Below are positions 8,455-18,016 of a stretch of 38,602 bases of DNA, one piece after another; position 1 is the first letter of the stretch; every line of letters begins with the position of its first letter. The DNA is from Oribacterium parvum. GTDB taxonomy: Bacteria; Bacillota; Clostridia; Lachnospirales; Lachnospiraceae. The position numbers and the translations under genes were made by a program. The DNA lies in assembly GCA_938022235.1 (NCBI GenBank), contig CALIEL010000022.1:1-38602 (forward strand), in the 5' to 3' direction. Under the pieces are notes generated by a model. It was not told where the DNA came from. It searched no databases and worked only from the letters and a program-made list of their open reading frames with translations.

Positions 8455-9108
8455 TTATTTTTCCTTTTTTACGATATCGAGATATCTATACATACTGGCG
8501 GGAGAGCAAGACAGTCTATTTCCTACGGTTTTTATGGCACCTTTCATAGAGAATATGCCCTTTTGATAAAGCTGGCGTATAATATCAAGCTTTTCTGAAT
8601 GACTTAGATCACTGAAAGGAAGGGACTTGTTTATTCTATTTAATATTTCATCTATAGTATTTGAAATATTTTCCGAAAATATTGTTTGCTCATCATTTCC
8701 CTTTATTTCTATGGAAATATTTTTGGATACATAATTATCCGGATGACATAGAGAAAAAATCAGATTTGATAGTTCTTTGTATCGATTATCATCAAAGTTT
8801 ATGTTTAGCCCACCTACGACTTTGCAACTTTCATCTTTTATAAAAAAAGAAGAGGATCTCAAAATCTTGCCATTGGAGGAAAGCGCTCTATAATTTGATA
8901 GCCATGTTTCCTTGGCGGACTCTTCTTTTTGTAAAATACTTTTCATAGTTGGACTTAGCAGATCTCCACTTTTTCTGCCACTGATATTTCCGTTAATGAT
9001 ATATAGGATTTGCTTTAAATCATATACTATAATTTCGTAATCAGGTCCCAGTACCGTGCCTAAAAAATCAGAAAGATTAATATATTTTTTTATATCCAAT
9101 TCATTCAT
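8455..9108 (-). CDS. YheO/DauR family regulator (YheO-like PAS domain plus HTH)
   Basis: LGPDYEIIVYDL, NGNISGR, LRSSSFFI, KGIFSMKGA..V and SMYRYL motifs; start placed at ATG 9108 after GGAG. Confidence 0.88.
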   Translation of the reverse strand: MNELDIKKYINLSDFLGTVLGPDYEIIVYDLKQILYIINGNISGRKSGDLLSPTMKSILQKEESAKETWLSNYRALSSNGKILRSSSFFIKDESCKVVGGLNINFDDNRYKELSNLIFSLCHPDNYVSKNISIEIKGNDEQTIFSENISNTIDEILNRINKSLPFSDLSHSEKLDIIRQLYQKGIFSMKGAIKTVGNRLSCSPASMYRYLDIVKKEK

Positions 9109-9264
9109 AATCGCTCCAAATTCTATTTGTAAACTTTCAGCACACAAAAAATTTTATAAAACAGCCCTAATTTATTATAGCAAAACTTCATGCTCCTAAA
9201 ATCGCTTTTTAAGCAAAATCACCAAAATGACAAATTTGGGGTATAGAGATAGATGGAAAAGAAA

Positions 9265-9280
9265 TGAGAAAAAATTCTCA
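9265..9280. promoter_or_regulatory. Palindromic operator TGAGAA-N4-TTCTCA
   Basis: Perfect 6-4-6 palindrome; related site at 9525-9540. Confidence 0.6.
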
Positions 9281-9504
9281 ATAAAATTCTCAAATATTAT
9301 TTGCTGCAAAGACATATAGGAAAACAAAGGCTATTTTTATACATGTATGCAGAAACCTAGTGTGAAGGCAAAGAAAAAATCCCATAAAATTTATCAAATC
9401 ACTATTTTATTATTCCTGAAGCTGTGTTTCAAAAGCTGACATTTGTACAAAATACACATAAATGCACTAAAATATCTCCAAAAACAGCTTTTAATTAAAC
9501 AATA

Positions 9505-9540
9505 TTGACAAGTGATTAAAAGGATGATAAATTATTCTCA
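9505..9540 (+). promoter_or_regulatory. tna promoter with an overlapping operator
   Basis: TTGACA 9505-9510, 17 bp spacer, extended -10 TGnTAAATT 9525-9533, overlapped by TGATAA-ATTA-TTCTCA. Confidence 0.65.
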
Positions 9541-9717
9541 TGGAAATATGCTTATAATAATACATTTAAATATATAAATTATGGCTATTAAGCACATACT
9601 GCATGTTGGCTAAAGTAGTATTTCTATCTTGCTTCAAGGGATTGTAATACCGTCCGCCAGTCGTTTCTTACGATGACCGGGGTATCAAAATATATTTTTA
9701 TATATGGAGGTATTAAA

Positions 9718-11400
9718 ATGGAGTACGAGAAAATGTTAGGTGTAGAGGCACCAAAGTCATGGACACACGTAGTGAGAGAAGTTCCTACAGTTACCCAGGA
9801 GCAGAGAAGAAAGGCTCTGGAAATGACGCATTATAATGAGTTTGCCTTTCCGGCAGGTCTTTTATACATTGACTGTCTGTCCGATTCGGGTACTACATCC
9901 ATGACAGACACACAGTGGTCAGCGATGTTCCTTGCAGATGAATCTTACGGAAGAAACAAAGGATATTATGTTCTTTTGGATGCATTCAGAGATGTATGGG
10001 AAAGAGGAGACAATCAGAAGAGACTCATCAACTACATCAAGGAAGGTGTAGACAAGGATGACGTTGAAAAAATGATGAATGAAGTGTATCTGGTGGACTA
10101 TGAGGGCGGATTTATCAATGGCGGTAAGTATCAGCTTTCCAGACCCAATACATTTATCGTTCCTCAGGGACGTTGTGCAGAGGCACTTTTGTTTGATGTA
10201 TTAAAACCATTATTTGCAAAGAGATGGCCGGGCAAAGTATTCACGATTCCATCAAATGCTCACTTTGATACTACAGAAGGTAATATCAAGCAAATGGGCA
10301 ATGTACCCAGAAACCTTTTCCATAAGGAAATCTTATTTGAGGTACCAAAGAGCGGAAAATATGAGAAGAATCCTTTTAAGGGAGATATGGACATTGATAA
10401 GCTCAACCAGCTGATTGAGGCTGTAGGCGTAGAGAATGTTCCGCTAATTTATTCTACAGTTACCAATAACTCTGTATGCGGACAGGCTGTTTCCATGAAG
10501 AATATCAGAGAGGTTTCCAAGATTGCACACAAGTACAATATTCCATTTGTTATGGACGGTGCAAGATGGGCAGAGAACTGTTACTTCATTAAGATGAATG
10601 AAGAGGGCTATGGGGACAAGTCTATCTGTGAAATTGCAAAAGAGATGTTCTCCTACTTTGATGTAGTTTCCGCATCCCTTAAGAAAAACGGACACGCCAA
10701 TATGGGTGGCATTTTGGCTTTCCGTGACAAGGGACTTTTCTGGCAGAAGTTCTCAGAGTTCAATGAGGACGGTAGTGTAAAGACAGATATCGGACACCTT
10801 TTGAAGGTTCGCCAGATTTCCGCTTATGGAAATGATTCTTATGGCGGAATGTCCGGACATGATATTATGGCGCTTTGCCAGGGTATGTATGAAGAGGCAA
10901 GATTTGACTATCAGGACGAAAGAGTAAGACAGTGTCAGTATCTGGCAGACGGCCTTACGGCAAATGGTGTTCCTGTAGTACAGCCTGCAGGAGGACATGG
11001 AATTTATATTGATGTAGATAAGTTCTTTAACTATAAGAGAGGCCATGAGAGCTTTGCAGGACAGGCGCTTTCTCTGGAGATGATTCACCGTTACGGTATT
11101 CGTTGTTCAGAGCTTGGAGATTTCTCTATGGAATATGATCTGAAAACTCCTGAGCAGCAGAAGGAAGTATGTAATGTTGTCCGTCTGGCGATTAACAGAA
11201 GTCAGTTTAGCAAGCAGCACATGGACTATATTATTGCAGCACTGACACAGCTTTATAAAGACAGAGATACAGTTCCCAATCTAAAGATTACCTTTGGTCA
11301 TACATTACCAATGAGACATTTCCATGCATGGGCAGAGCCCTACGCTCCATCTAAGGAAGAAATGTGTGATGAAGGAAATTACAAATATTGGGAAAAATAA
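9718..11400 (+). CDS. tnaA: Tryptophanase (beta-eliminating lyase), long form of 560 aa
   Basis: DSGT, DESY, QGR.AE, HFDTT, TVTNN, SLKK (PLP lysine), YGG and MRHF motifs; residues at the specificity positions match tryptophanase rather than tyrosine phenol-lyase. Confidence 0.85.
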   Translation: MEYEKMLGVEAPKSWTHVVREVPTVTQEQRRKALEMTHYNEFAFPAGLLYIDCLSDSGTTSMTDTQWSAMFLADESYGRNKGYYVLLDAFRDVWERGDNQKRLINYIKEGVDKDDVEKMMNEVYLVDYEGGFINGGKYQLSRPNTFIVPQGRCAEALLFDVLKPLFAKRWPGKVFTIPSNAHFDTTEGNIKQMGNVPRNLFHKEILFEVPKSGKYEKNPFKGDMDIDKLNQLIEAVGVENVPLIYSTVTNNSVCGQAVSMKNIREVSKIAHKYNIPFVMDGARWAENCYFIKMNEEGYGDKSICEIAKEMFSYFDVVSASLKKNGHANMGGILAFRDKGLFWQKFSEFNEDGSVKTDIGHLLKVRQISAYGNDSYGGMSGHDIMALCQGMYEEARFDYQDERVRQCQYLADGLTANGVPVVQPAGGHGIYIDVDKFFNYKRGHESFAGQALSLEMIHRYGIRCSELGDFSMEYDLKTPEQQKEVCNVVRLAINRSQFSKQHMDYIIAALTQLYKDRDTVPNLKITFGHTLPMRHFHAWAEPYAPSKEEMCDEGNYKYWEK

Positions 11401-11525
11401 ATGAGATATCGTAGGATATGCCGGCGATACTCGTAAAAAATAAAATATCTTGGCGTCCGGTCTTGTAGAGACCGGACTGCTATCCACAAGAGAGACTTAC
11501 ATTTTTATCAAGATGGAGGAAGCTT

Positions 11526-12872
11526 ATGGGTTCAGATAATACCGCTGTAAAGCAGGATGGATTTAACTCACAAATAGGTTTTATTATAGCCTGTGTAGGT
11601 TCAGCCGTTGGTATGGGAAACCTGTGGAGATTTCCGGTGCTTGTGTCAGCCTGGGGAGGAATGACCTTTTTAATCCCTTACTTCTTATTTGTTATATTGA
11701 TAGGCAGTACAGGAGTTGTGGAAGAAATCGCCTTAGGAAGGAGCACAGGGAAAGGTCCTATAGGTGCATTTGGCGCTGCTATGGCACATGCCGGAAAAAG
11801 CAGAAAACTTGGTGAGAGTATAGGAATTATACCCACAATAGGTTCTTTGGCTCTTGCTATAGGCTATTCCTGCGTAGTAGGCTGGATTTTTAAATATGTT
11901 GTCATGGCATTTACAGGCAAGCTCTTTGGAATGGGCGCCAATATGGATGTCATAGGAGGAACTTTTGGATCCACCGCTACGGCTTTCGGAAATAATATAT
12001 GGATAATTATAGCGCTTATTGTAAATTTCGCCATTATGGCATTTGGAGTTGCGGATGGTATAGAAAAAGCAAACAAGTTTATGATGCCGCTGCTTTTCGT
12101 AATGATGATTGGACTGGCTATTTACATAGGAATTCAACCGGGGGCAGTGAACGGATACAAGTATATCTTTACTGTAAATCCGGAGGGATTAAAGGATGTA
12201 AGACTTTGGATATTTGCATTCGGACAGGCGTTTTTTTCCCTTTCTATTGCAGGTAACGGCACAGTGATTTACGGCTCCTATCTCAGTAAGAAAGAAGATG
12301 TACCTTTCTCTGCAATGAACATAGCTATATTTGATACATGTGCGGCACTGCTTGCAGCGCTGGTTATTATCCCTGCTATGGCCACATCAGGAGCAGAGCT
12401 TAGTGAAGGTGGTCCGGGACTCATGTTCATTTACCTTGTAAATATCATGAATCAGATGCCCGGTGGTATGCTTGTAGGAATTATATTCTTCGTATGTGTT
12501 ACCTTTGCAGGACTCAGTTCACTTGTGAATCTGTATGAGGCGCCTGTAGCTACATTGCAGCAGCAGTTTAGACTGAGTAGAATACAATCAGTAGGAATAA
12601 TTGGTGTACTCGGCGTCGTTGTTGCAGTATTGATACAGGGAATTGTAGGAAGTTGGATGGATGCGGTGTCTATCTATATTTGCCCTATTGGTGCGGTACT
12701 TGCTTCCGTAATGTTGTTCTTCATATTTGGAAAGCAGTATACAATGGAAGCGGTAAATGCAGGTGCAAAGAAGCCTAAAGGAGATACCTGGTTCTTTTTG
12801 GGTAAGTATGTTTATACAGGACTTGCATTGCTTGCACTTATAGCAGGTGCATTTTACGGTGGAATCGGTTAA
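11526..12872 (+). CDS. tnaT: NSS-family sodium-dependent transporter, probably tryptophan (TnaT-like)
   Basis: GSAVGMGNLWRFP, GQAFFSLS and GPGL motifs; directly downstream of tnaA. Confidence 0.75.
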   Translation: MGSDNTAVKQDGFNSQIGFIIACVGSAVGMGNLWRFPVLVSAWGGMTFLIPYFLFVILIGSTGVVEEIALGRSTGKGPIGAFGAAMAHAGKSRKLGESIGIIPTIGSLALAIGYSCVVGWIFKYVVMAFTGKLFGMGANMDVIGGTFGSTATAFGNNIWIIIALIVNFAIMAFGVADGIEKANKFMMPLLFVMMIGLAIYIGIQPGAVNGYKYIFTVNPEGLKDVRLWIFAFGQAFFSLSIAGNGTVIYGSYLSKKEDVPFSAMNIAIFDTCAALLAALVIIPAMATSGAELSEGGPGLMFIYLVNIMNQMPGGMLVGIIFFVCVTFAGLSSLVNLYEAPVATLQQQFRLSRIQSVGIIGVLGVVVAVLIQGIVGSWMDAVSIYICPIGAVLASVMLFFIFGKQYTMEAVNAGAKKPKGDTWFFLGKYVYTGLALLALIAGAFYGGIG

Positions 12873-12914
12873 TCAAGCTATAATAGAATAAGAATAAACC
12901 TTTTCATAATAAAA

Positions 12915-12973
12915 AAGGGGCTGTAAAAATCAAAATAGTTTTCTATTTCTTATTTTGATTTTTACAGCCCCTT
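12915..12973. repeat. Minimal copy of the repeat family (terminal inverted repeats only); probable bidirectional terminator
   Basis: Perfect 23-bp inverted repeat AAGGGGCTGTAAAAATCAAAATA. Confidence 0.85.
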
Positions 12974-12976
12974 GTT

Positions 12977-13594
12977 TTAAAATCCCTGTTTATGCTTTTC
13001 TTTTAAAAGCATTTCCCCTACCATTCTACCCGCAGCTCCACCGGATTGCACTGCTTCGGCAATGCTTTGGGAGGGGGCAAGACTTTGTCCTGTCAGAAAA
13101 AGTCGGGGGGAGCCTGTTTTCTTCTCTTCTTCTATAAGAACAGAAACAGCGGCATTTTCCTCCGGAGTAAATGCTCCCACAGCCAAGACTAAAGCCTTAC
13201 TGATAAAGAAGCGTTCTCCTTTCTTCGTTTTACCCTTTAAGAGATAGCGATAAGCAGAAGCTTCGCCTTGGGAATGCACTACATAAATTTCCTCTACTTC
13301 CACACCCTCTTGATGAGCGACCCCATAATTTTCCAGAAAAAGGGAAAAATGGGACAGGAGCTCTTTGGGCTGAAGGGTCTTTGCAAAGAGCCCGCTGATT
13401 TCTTCCGTGCTTTTTCCTAAACGTCCTCCAAGGCTTTCTTCTTTTTCCAACAAAAGGCTGTTTTCAATCCCAAAATCCGCTGCGGCAGAGATGGCGGCTA
13501 AGCCGGAACAGCCGCCTCCCACCACCAGCAAATCAGAAAAAAAAGACTCTTCCGCTTTGGGAAGAGTCAAATTTTCGCAAGTGCGGAAAATCAA
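12977..13594 (-). CDS. Short FAD-binding oxidoreductase-like protein, apparently lacking the NAD(P)H domain
   Basis: DLLVVGGGCSGLAA Rossmann motif, EKEESLGG, KALVLAVGA and RLFLTG within 205 aa. Confidence 0.65.
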   Translation of the reverse strand: MIFRTCENLTLPKAEESFFSDLLVVGGGCSGLAAISAAADFGIENSLLLEKEESLGGRLGKSTEEISGLFAKTLQPKELLSHFSLFLENYGVAHQEGVEVEEIYVVHSQGEASAYRYLLKGKTKKGERFFISKALVLAVGAFTPEENAAVSVLIEEEKKTGSPRLFLTGQSLAPSQSIAEAVQSGGAAGRMVGEMLLKEKHKQGF

Positions 13595-13833
13595 TTGTGG
13601 GCATCCCCCATCATGAATTCAACAACCTTCTTCATGTCCTCCGGCTCATGAACAATCAGTTCCAGCTCTTTAATATAAGCCTTGTCCAACATCTGAGACA
13701 TCATCAGCATCTGGGAGAGCTTGGACTTCAAGTTAATTCGGTCTCCTTCCGGAGAAACCAACTCTACCTTTCCGTGTAAGTCATTCAATAGCTTAAATAA
13801 GCCTTCTACGTTGTTTACGTTTTCGATTTTCAT
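13591..13833 (-). CDS. Small HPr-fold-like protein
   Basis: GKVELVSPEGDRINLKS resembles the HPr beta-strand and regulatory-Ser region; RBS GAAAGGG. Confidence 0.7.
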   Translation of the reverse strand: MKIENVNNVEGLFKLLNDLHGKVELVSPEGDRINLKSKLSQMLMMSQMLDKAYIKELELIVHEPEDMKKVVEFMMGDAHN

Positions 13834-14117
13834 AGAATTCCCTTTCTCTAAGACATGTACTGCGCGTAGTGCGATAAGTTCACCTTAGTATAAAGCGGAG
13901 GAAAATGCAAGAAGAAATCTTTTGGAGAAAAGAGGAAATTTCTTTGCTGTTTTCTCCGCTTATTTTCCCGGAAAACATCGTATTTCACAAAAAAGAGAAA
14001 GAAAATCATTTTTATGGCAAATTGTAAAAAAATTACTGTGAAAACAGAAAAAAATCGTTAAAATAGAAAGGCGACTGCAAAAACAGAGGGGCAATTGCAA
14101 AAAAGAAAGGAAGAAGA

Positions 14118-14840
14118 ATGGGAGACGCTACAAATAAAGACGAGGACTTCTTGGAAAAGCTGGGGCTTTCCAAAGAAGAGGTAGACCTTTTGGAACATAA
14201 ATTAAAAGAGCGGGAGGAAAGAAGGAAGGAAGCAGAAAAAAAGGAAAAGCCCATCACGGTGCTATTTCCCAAGGTGATTTTGGCTTCCGCATCTCCAAGA
14301 AGACAGGAGCTGATTCAGCTTCTGGGACTTAAGGCAGAGATTCATCCCAGCGGAATAGCGGAGGATGTAACGGAGGCGGATCCCAGTCTTTTGGTGCAGA
14401 AGCTGGCCTTTCAGAAGGCGGAGGACGTGGCAAAGCAGTATCCGAAGGACTATCTTGTGATTGGGGCGGACACAGTGGTATTTTTCGAGGATCGGATTTT
14501 GGGAAAACCGAAAAGTGAGGAGAATGCCTACAGGATGCTTTCCGTCCTTTCCGGAAGAGCCCATCAGGTCTATACCGGGGTCAGCCTTCATTTTCAGGGG
14601 AAGAAAATGGGCTTTTACGAAAAGACCGAGGTGCAGTTCGCAAGACTTACAGAGCGGGAAATTTGGGATTATATCGAAAGCAAAGAGCCTATGGATAAGG
14701 CGGGGGCTTATGGCATTCAGGGGCGTTTTGCCCCCTTTGTAAAGGGCATTGCAGGAGATTATTACAATGTGATGGGATTGCCCCTTGCCAGACTTTATCA
14801 GGCTTTGAAGTTTTTAGGCACTGAAGGAGAGGCACTGTAA
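14118..14840 (+). CDS. maf: Maf family nucleoside triphosphate pyrophosphatase with N-terminal extension
   Basis: ILASASPRR, GADTVV, LGKP, DKAGAYGIQ and NVMGLP motifs. Confidence 0.92.
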   Translation: MGDATNKDEDFLEKLGLSKEEVDLLEHKLKEREERRKEAEKKEKPITVLFPKVILASASPRRQELIQLLGLKAEIHPSGIAEDVTEADPSLLVQKLAFQKAEDVAKQYPKDYLVIGADTVVFFEDRILGKPKSEENAYRMLSVLSGRAHQVYTGVSLHFQGKKMGFYEKTEVQFARLTEREIWDYIESKEPMDKAGAYGIQGRFAPFVKGIAGDYYNVMGLPLARLYQALKFLGTEGEAL

Positions 14841-14994
14841 GGAAAAATATTGGCTGAAGCTTCTGTAGACAGGAGCTATGTCCTCCGAAACGGAAGAACA
14901 AAAGATTTCGAGCAAATGTGCTCTTTCCGGAAGCTATGGAGAAGGCTTCCGAGAGAATAAAAAGAAATGCGTAGCAGTAGAAAGGAACTAGAAA

Positions 14995-16371
14995 ATGAGT
15001 AGTGAAAAGCAAAAACGAAGTAAGTTCAGCTCCCGCCTGGGCTTTGTCTTATCCGCCGCAGGCTCTGCGGTGGGCTTGGGAAATATTTGGAGATTCCCTT
15101 ATTTGGCGGCGAAATACGGAGGGGGAATCTTCCTTTTGGTTTACCTTCTTCTGATGCTTACCTTTGGTTACACCATGATTATTGCGGAAAGCGCCATTGG
15201 TAGAATGACCAGAAAGAGCCCCGTGGGAGCCTATGCCCACTTTGGAAAGGACTGGATGTTCAAGGCAGGAGGCTGGATTAATGCCATTATCCCCATCCTG
15301 ATTGTACCCTATTATTCCGTCATCGGCGGTTGGGTATGCAAATATCTCTTCGGCTATATCCAGGGAGAAACGGAAGCCATGGCCACGGCCGAGTATTTTA
15401 CGGAATTTATCGGAAATGGGGTAAAGGCGGAGTTCTGGTTCTTGATTTTCACTATTTTGGTGATTTGGGTTATCTTTATGGGTGTGGAAAATGGAATCGA
15501 AAAGGTTTCCACTTTTATGATGCCTATTCTGGTGATTTTGGCCATCCTGCTTTCCATTTACGCCATCACCAGGAAGGGAGCATTTGCCGGGGTAAAATAC
15601 TTCTTAGTCCCCAATATTAAGAACTTCTCTTGGATGACGGTGGTTTCCGCCATGGGACAGATGTTCTATTCCCTCTCCATTGCCATGGGAATCCTGATTA
15701 CCTTCGGTTCCTATATGAAGTCCGACCTTTCCATCGAAGAATCCACCAGTCATGTGGAGATTTTTGATACGGCCATTGCGGTTTTGGCAGGGCTGATGAT
15801 TATTCCTGCGGTTTTCGCCTTTTCCAATGGAGACCCCTCCGTATTAAAGGCCGGCCCCTCCCTGATGTTTATTACCATGCCGAAAATCTTTGCCAGCATG
15901 GGCTTCGGGCGAGTAGTGGGCATTCTATTTTTCGTACTGGTCTTCTTTGCGGCACTGACCTCCGCTATCGCCCTTGCGGAAAGTGCGGTTTCCACCTTCC
16001 AGGATGAACTGAAGTGGAGCAGAAGAAAGGCCACTCTGGTTTTACTTTTGATAATGGTGGTTTTGGGAACCCTGAGTGCTTTAGGCTATGGCCCTCTGTC
16101 CTTCATCACCATACTGAAAAATATGCCCTTCCTGGATTTCTTTGACTTCCTGACCAACTCTGTCATGATGCCTATCGCAGCCATGGCTACCTGTCTTTTG
16201 GTGGTGCGAGTGATCGGCGTTGACGGGATCGCGGCGGAGGTAATGCGAAAGGATGCTCCCTTTAAAAGAAAGGCGGTATTTAATTTCATGATTAAATACC
16301 TTTGCCCCTTCTTCGTAGCGATTATCCTGTTCAGCTCCGTAGCCGGTGTGCTGGGATGGATTAAGTTCTAA
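14995..16371 (+). CDS. NSS-family sodium-dependent amino acid transporter
   Basis: GSAVGLGNIWRFP, GQMFYSLS and AGPSL motifs. Confidence 0.92.
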   Translation: MSSEKQKRSKFSSRLGFVLSAAGSAVGLGNIWRFPYLAAKYGGGIFLLVYLLLMLTFGYTMIIAESAIGRMTRKSPVGAYAHFGKDWMFKAGGWINAIIPILIVPYYSVIGGWVCKYLFGYIQGETEAMATAEYFTEFIGNGVKAEFWFLIFTILVIWVIFMGVENGIEKVSTFMMPILVILAILLSIYAITRKGAFAGVKYFLVPNIKNFSWMTVVSAMGQMFYSLSIAMGILITFGSYMKSDLSIEESTSHVEIFDTAIAVLAGLMIIPAVFAFSNGDPSVLKAGPSLMFITMPKIFASMGFGRVVGILFFVLVFFAALTSAIALAESAVSTFQDELKWSRRKATLVLLLIMVVLGTLSALGYGPLSFITILKNMPFLDFFDFLTNSVMMPIAAMATCLLVVRVIGVDGIAAEVMRKDAPFKRKAVFNFMIKYLCPFFVAIILFSSVAGVLGWIKF

Positions 16372-16389
16372 AAGCATCGAAAATATTCC

Positions 16390-16418
16390 TTGCAAAGTTT
16401 TTGGCAGAGGAGTATTCT
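16390..16418 (+). promoter_or_regulatory. Sigma-A promoter of the riboswitch-ribU transcript
   Basis: TTGCAA, 17 bp spacer, TATTCT. Confidence 0.6.
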
Positions 16419-16434
16419 TAATATCGTAAAAATG

Positions 16435-16547
16435 AATGTTCTTCAGGGCGGGGTGTAAGTCCCCACTGGCGGTAAAGTCCGCGACCTGCGAAAGCAGTTG
16501 AACCGGTGTGATTCCGGTACCAACAGTATAGTCTGGATGGAAGAAGA
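16435..16547 (+). ncRNA. FMN riboswitch (RFN element)
   Basis: TCTTCAGGGCGGGGTG..TCCCCACTGGCGGTA..AGTCCGCGA..CCGGTG..ATTCCGG..ACAGT..AGTCTGGATGGAAGAAGA matches the RFN consensus; upstream of ribU. Confidence 0.95.
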
Positions 16548-16564
16548 CGAGCGTTGTGCTTTCT

Positions 16565-16592
16565 GCCCTGTACTTTTTGTACAGGGCTTTTT
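16565..16592 (+). terminator. Riboswitch-controlled intrinsic terminator
   Basis: GCCCTGTAC / GTACAGGGC stem followed by TTTTT. Confidence 0.85.
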
Positions 16593-16731
16593 ATATTTTC
16601 AAAGGTGTTTTACAAAAAAGAATTCCTTTGAAAATACAAAAAAGAAGGAAAATGCCCGGTCCTAAAGCCTTTCTAAAAGAACCACCGGAAGAATGCGACT
16701 TGCAGAGAATGCAAAGAAAGAGAGGACAGCA

Positions 16732-17364
16732 ATGAAAGCAGAAAGTCAGGGAAGAATGGTGAGCAGTGTGAAGAAGAGCAGTGTGGGATTTTTGGCGGTT
16801 ACGGGTATTTTATCCGCTATCGCGTATATTTTGATGTGGATTGAGTTTCCCATCCCCTTTTTGATTCCCCCATTTATTAAGTTTGATTTTTCGGATTTCC
16901 CGGCATTGATTGCAGCCTTTGCTCTGGGCCCGGTTTCCGGTGTTTTGGTGGAGCTCATTAAAAATGTTTTGCACGGCTTCAGCTCCGGATCCTTCGGCGT
17001 AGGAGAGCTTTCCAACTTTATCCTTGGGGCAAGCTTTGCAGGTACCGCAGGATTTATTTATCAGAGAAATAAGACAAAGAAGGGTGCAATTATTGCCTCC
17101 GTTGTTGGTGCAGTGGTTATGGCGGCTATTTCCTATCCCTCCAACCTCCTGGTGGTTTACCCCTTCTATTACAATTTCATGCCGAAAGAGGTAGTGCTTT
17201 CTGCCTATCAGCTGATTCTTCCCTCCATCGGCAGCATTGAAAAGGCTTTACTTGTCTTTAACGTGCCCTTTACCTTTGTGAAAGGTATGATTGACGTAGT
17301 TCTCTGCCTCTTACTGTATAAGGGAGTATCTCCTTTCCTGCATAAGTTAAACGGAGAGGGATAA
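16732..17364 (+). CDS. ribU: ECF transporter S component for riboflavin
   Basis: PPFIKFDFSDFP, KNVLH, GVGELSNF and FNVPFTFVKG motifs; FMN riboswitch upstream. Confidence 0.9.
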   Translation: MKAESQGRMVSSVKKSSVGFLAVTGILSAIAYILMWIEFPIPFLIPPFIKFDFSDFPALIAAFALGPVSGVLVELIKNVLHGFSSGSFGVGELSNFILGASFAGTAGFIYQRNKTKKGAIIASVVGAVVMAAISYPSNLLVVYPFYYNFMPKEVVLSAYQLILPSIGSIEKALLVFNVPFTFVKGMIDVVLCLLLYKGVSPFLHKLNGEG

Positions 17365-17424
17365 TCCCGGAGTCCTTCTTTTGTTGGGGTCAGTCATAAA
17401 ATAATTGAATTAAGGTGATGATCT

Positions 17425-17934
17425 ATGAGTGAAACAAGATACGATAGACTGGTACGGCACGCAAAATTTGCCGTGAAACAAATTCATAAAGCATATTGCT
17501 CCGGAAAAGAAATAGTTTATGTAATTATTTTAACCGGCCTAGGAGATTATTTTGTCGGAATCAGTCCGGAAGAAGGGCATAATAATCAGGCAGTTATTGA
17601 TGGTATTCACCAATATTACGCAGAAACGTTAGATGCAAGAGTAATTGAAGGATATCAGGCTGGGATTTACAAGCTAATAGAAGCATCAGGACATATGAAA
17701 ATGTTTAGTAATTTATTGAGGATTCTCTTCTATGAACTTTATAAAGAACATAGTGGAGAGGCTAGTTTTACTCTGAATATGGAAGAAATCTTTCGACAGC
17801 TAAATAGTATGATTTTGGAAAGATATCATAATTTCGAAAAGGAAGATCCATCTTTTGAACCATGGTTTTCCAGATATCAACAATCTGCATTGGAAGATTA
17901 TGGCTTAGTTTTGCAAGGAAAGCCGGAGCAATAG
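17425..17934 (+). CDS. Hypothetical helical protein, tandem paralog 1 (immunity-like)
   Basis: 169 aa; RBS AAGGTGA; differs from paralog 3 at 15 of 167 aligned residues. Confidence 0.85.
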   Translation: MSETRYDRLVRHAKFAVKQIHKAYCSGKEIVYVIILTGLGDYFVGISPEEGHNNQAVIDGIHQYYAETLDARVIEGYQAGIYKLIEASGHMKMFSNLLRILFYELYKEHSGEASFTLNMEEIFRQLNSMILERYHNFEKEDPSFEPWFSRYQQSALEDYGLVLQGKPEQ

Positions 17935-18016
17935 AGCTAGGACAGTGTGTGTTTCTACTTTCTGTCAGATTTGCAGATTATTCAGAAAAAGAAGTATTAA
18001 CTACAAGGTGAATTCT

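Noticed and set aside
9581..9613. Short ORF MAIKHILHVG upstream of tnaA as a TnaC-like leader
   Set aside because: No Trp, no terminal Pro and no RBS
9718..11400. Tyrosine phenol-lyase assignment
   Set aside because: Specificity positions read FDTT, EL and RHF, matching tryptophanase
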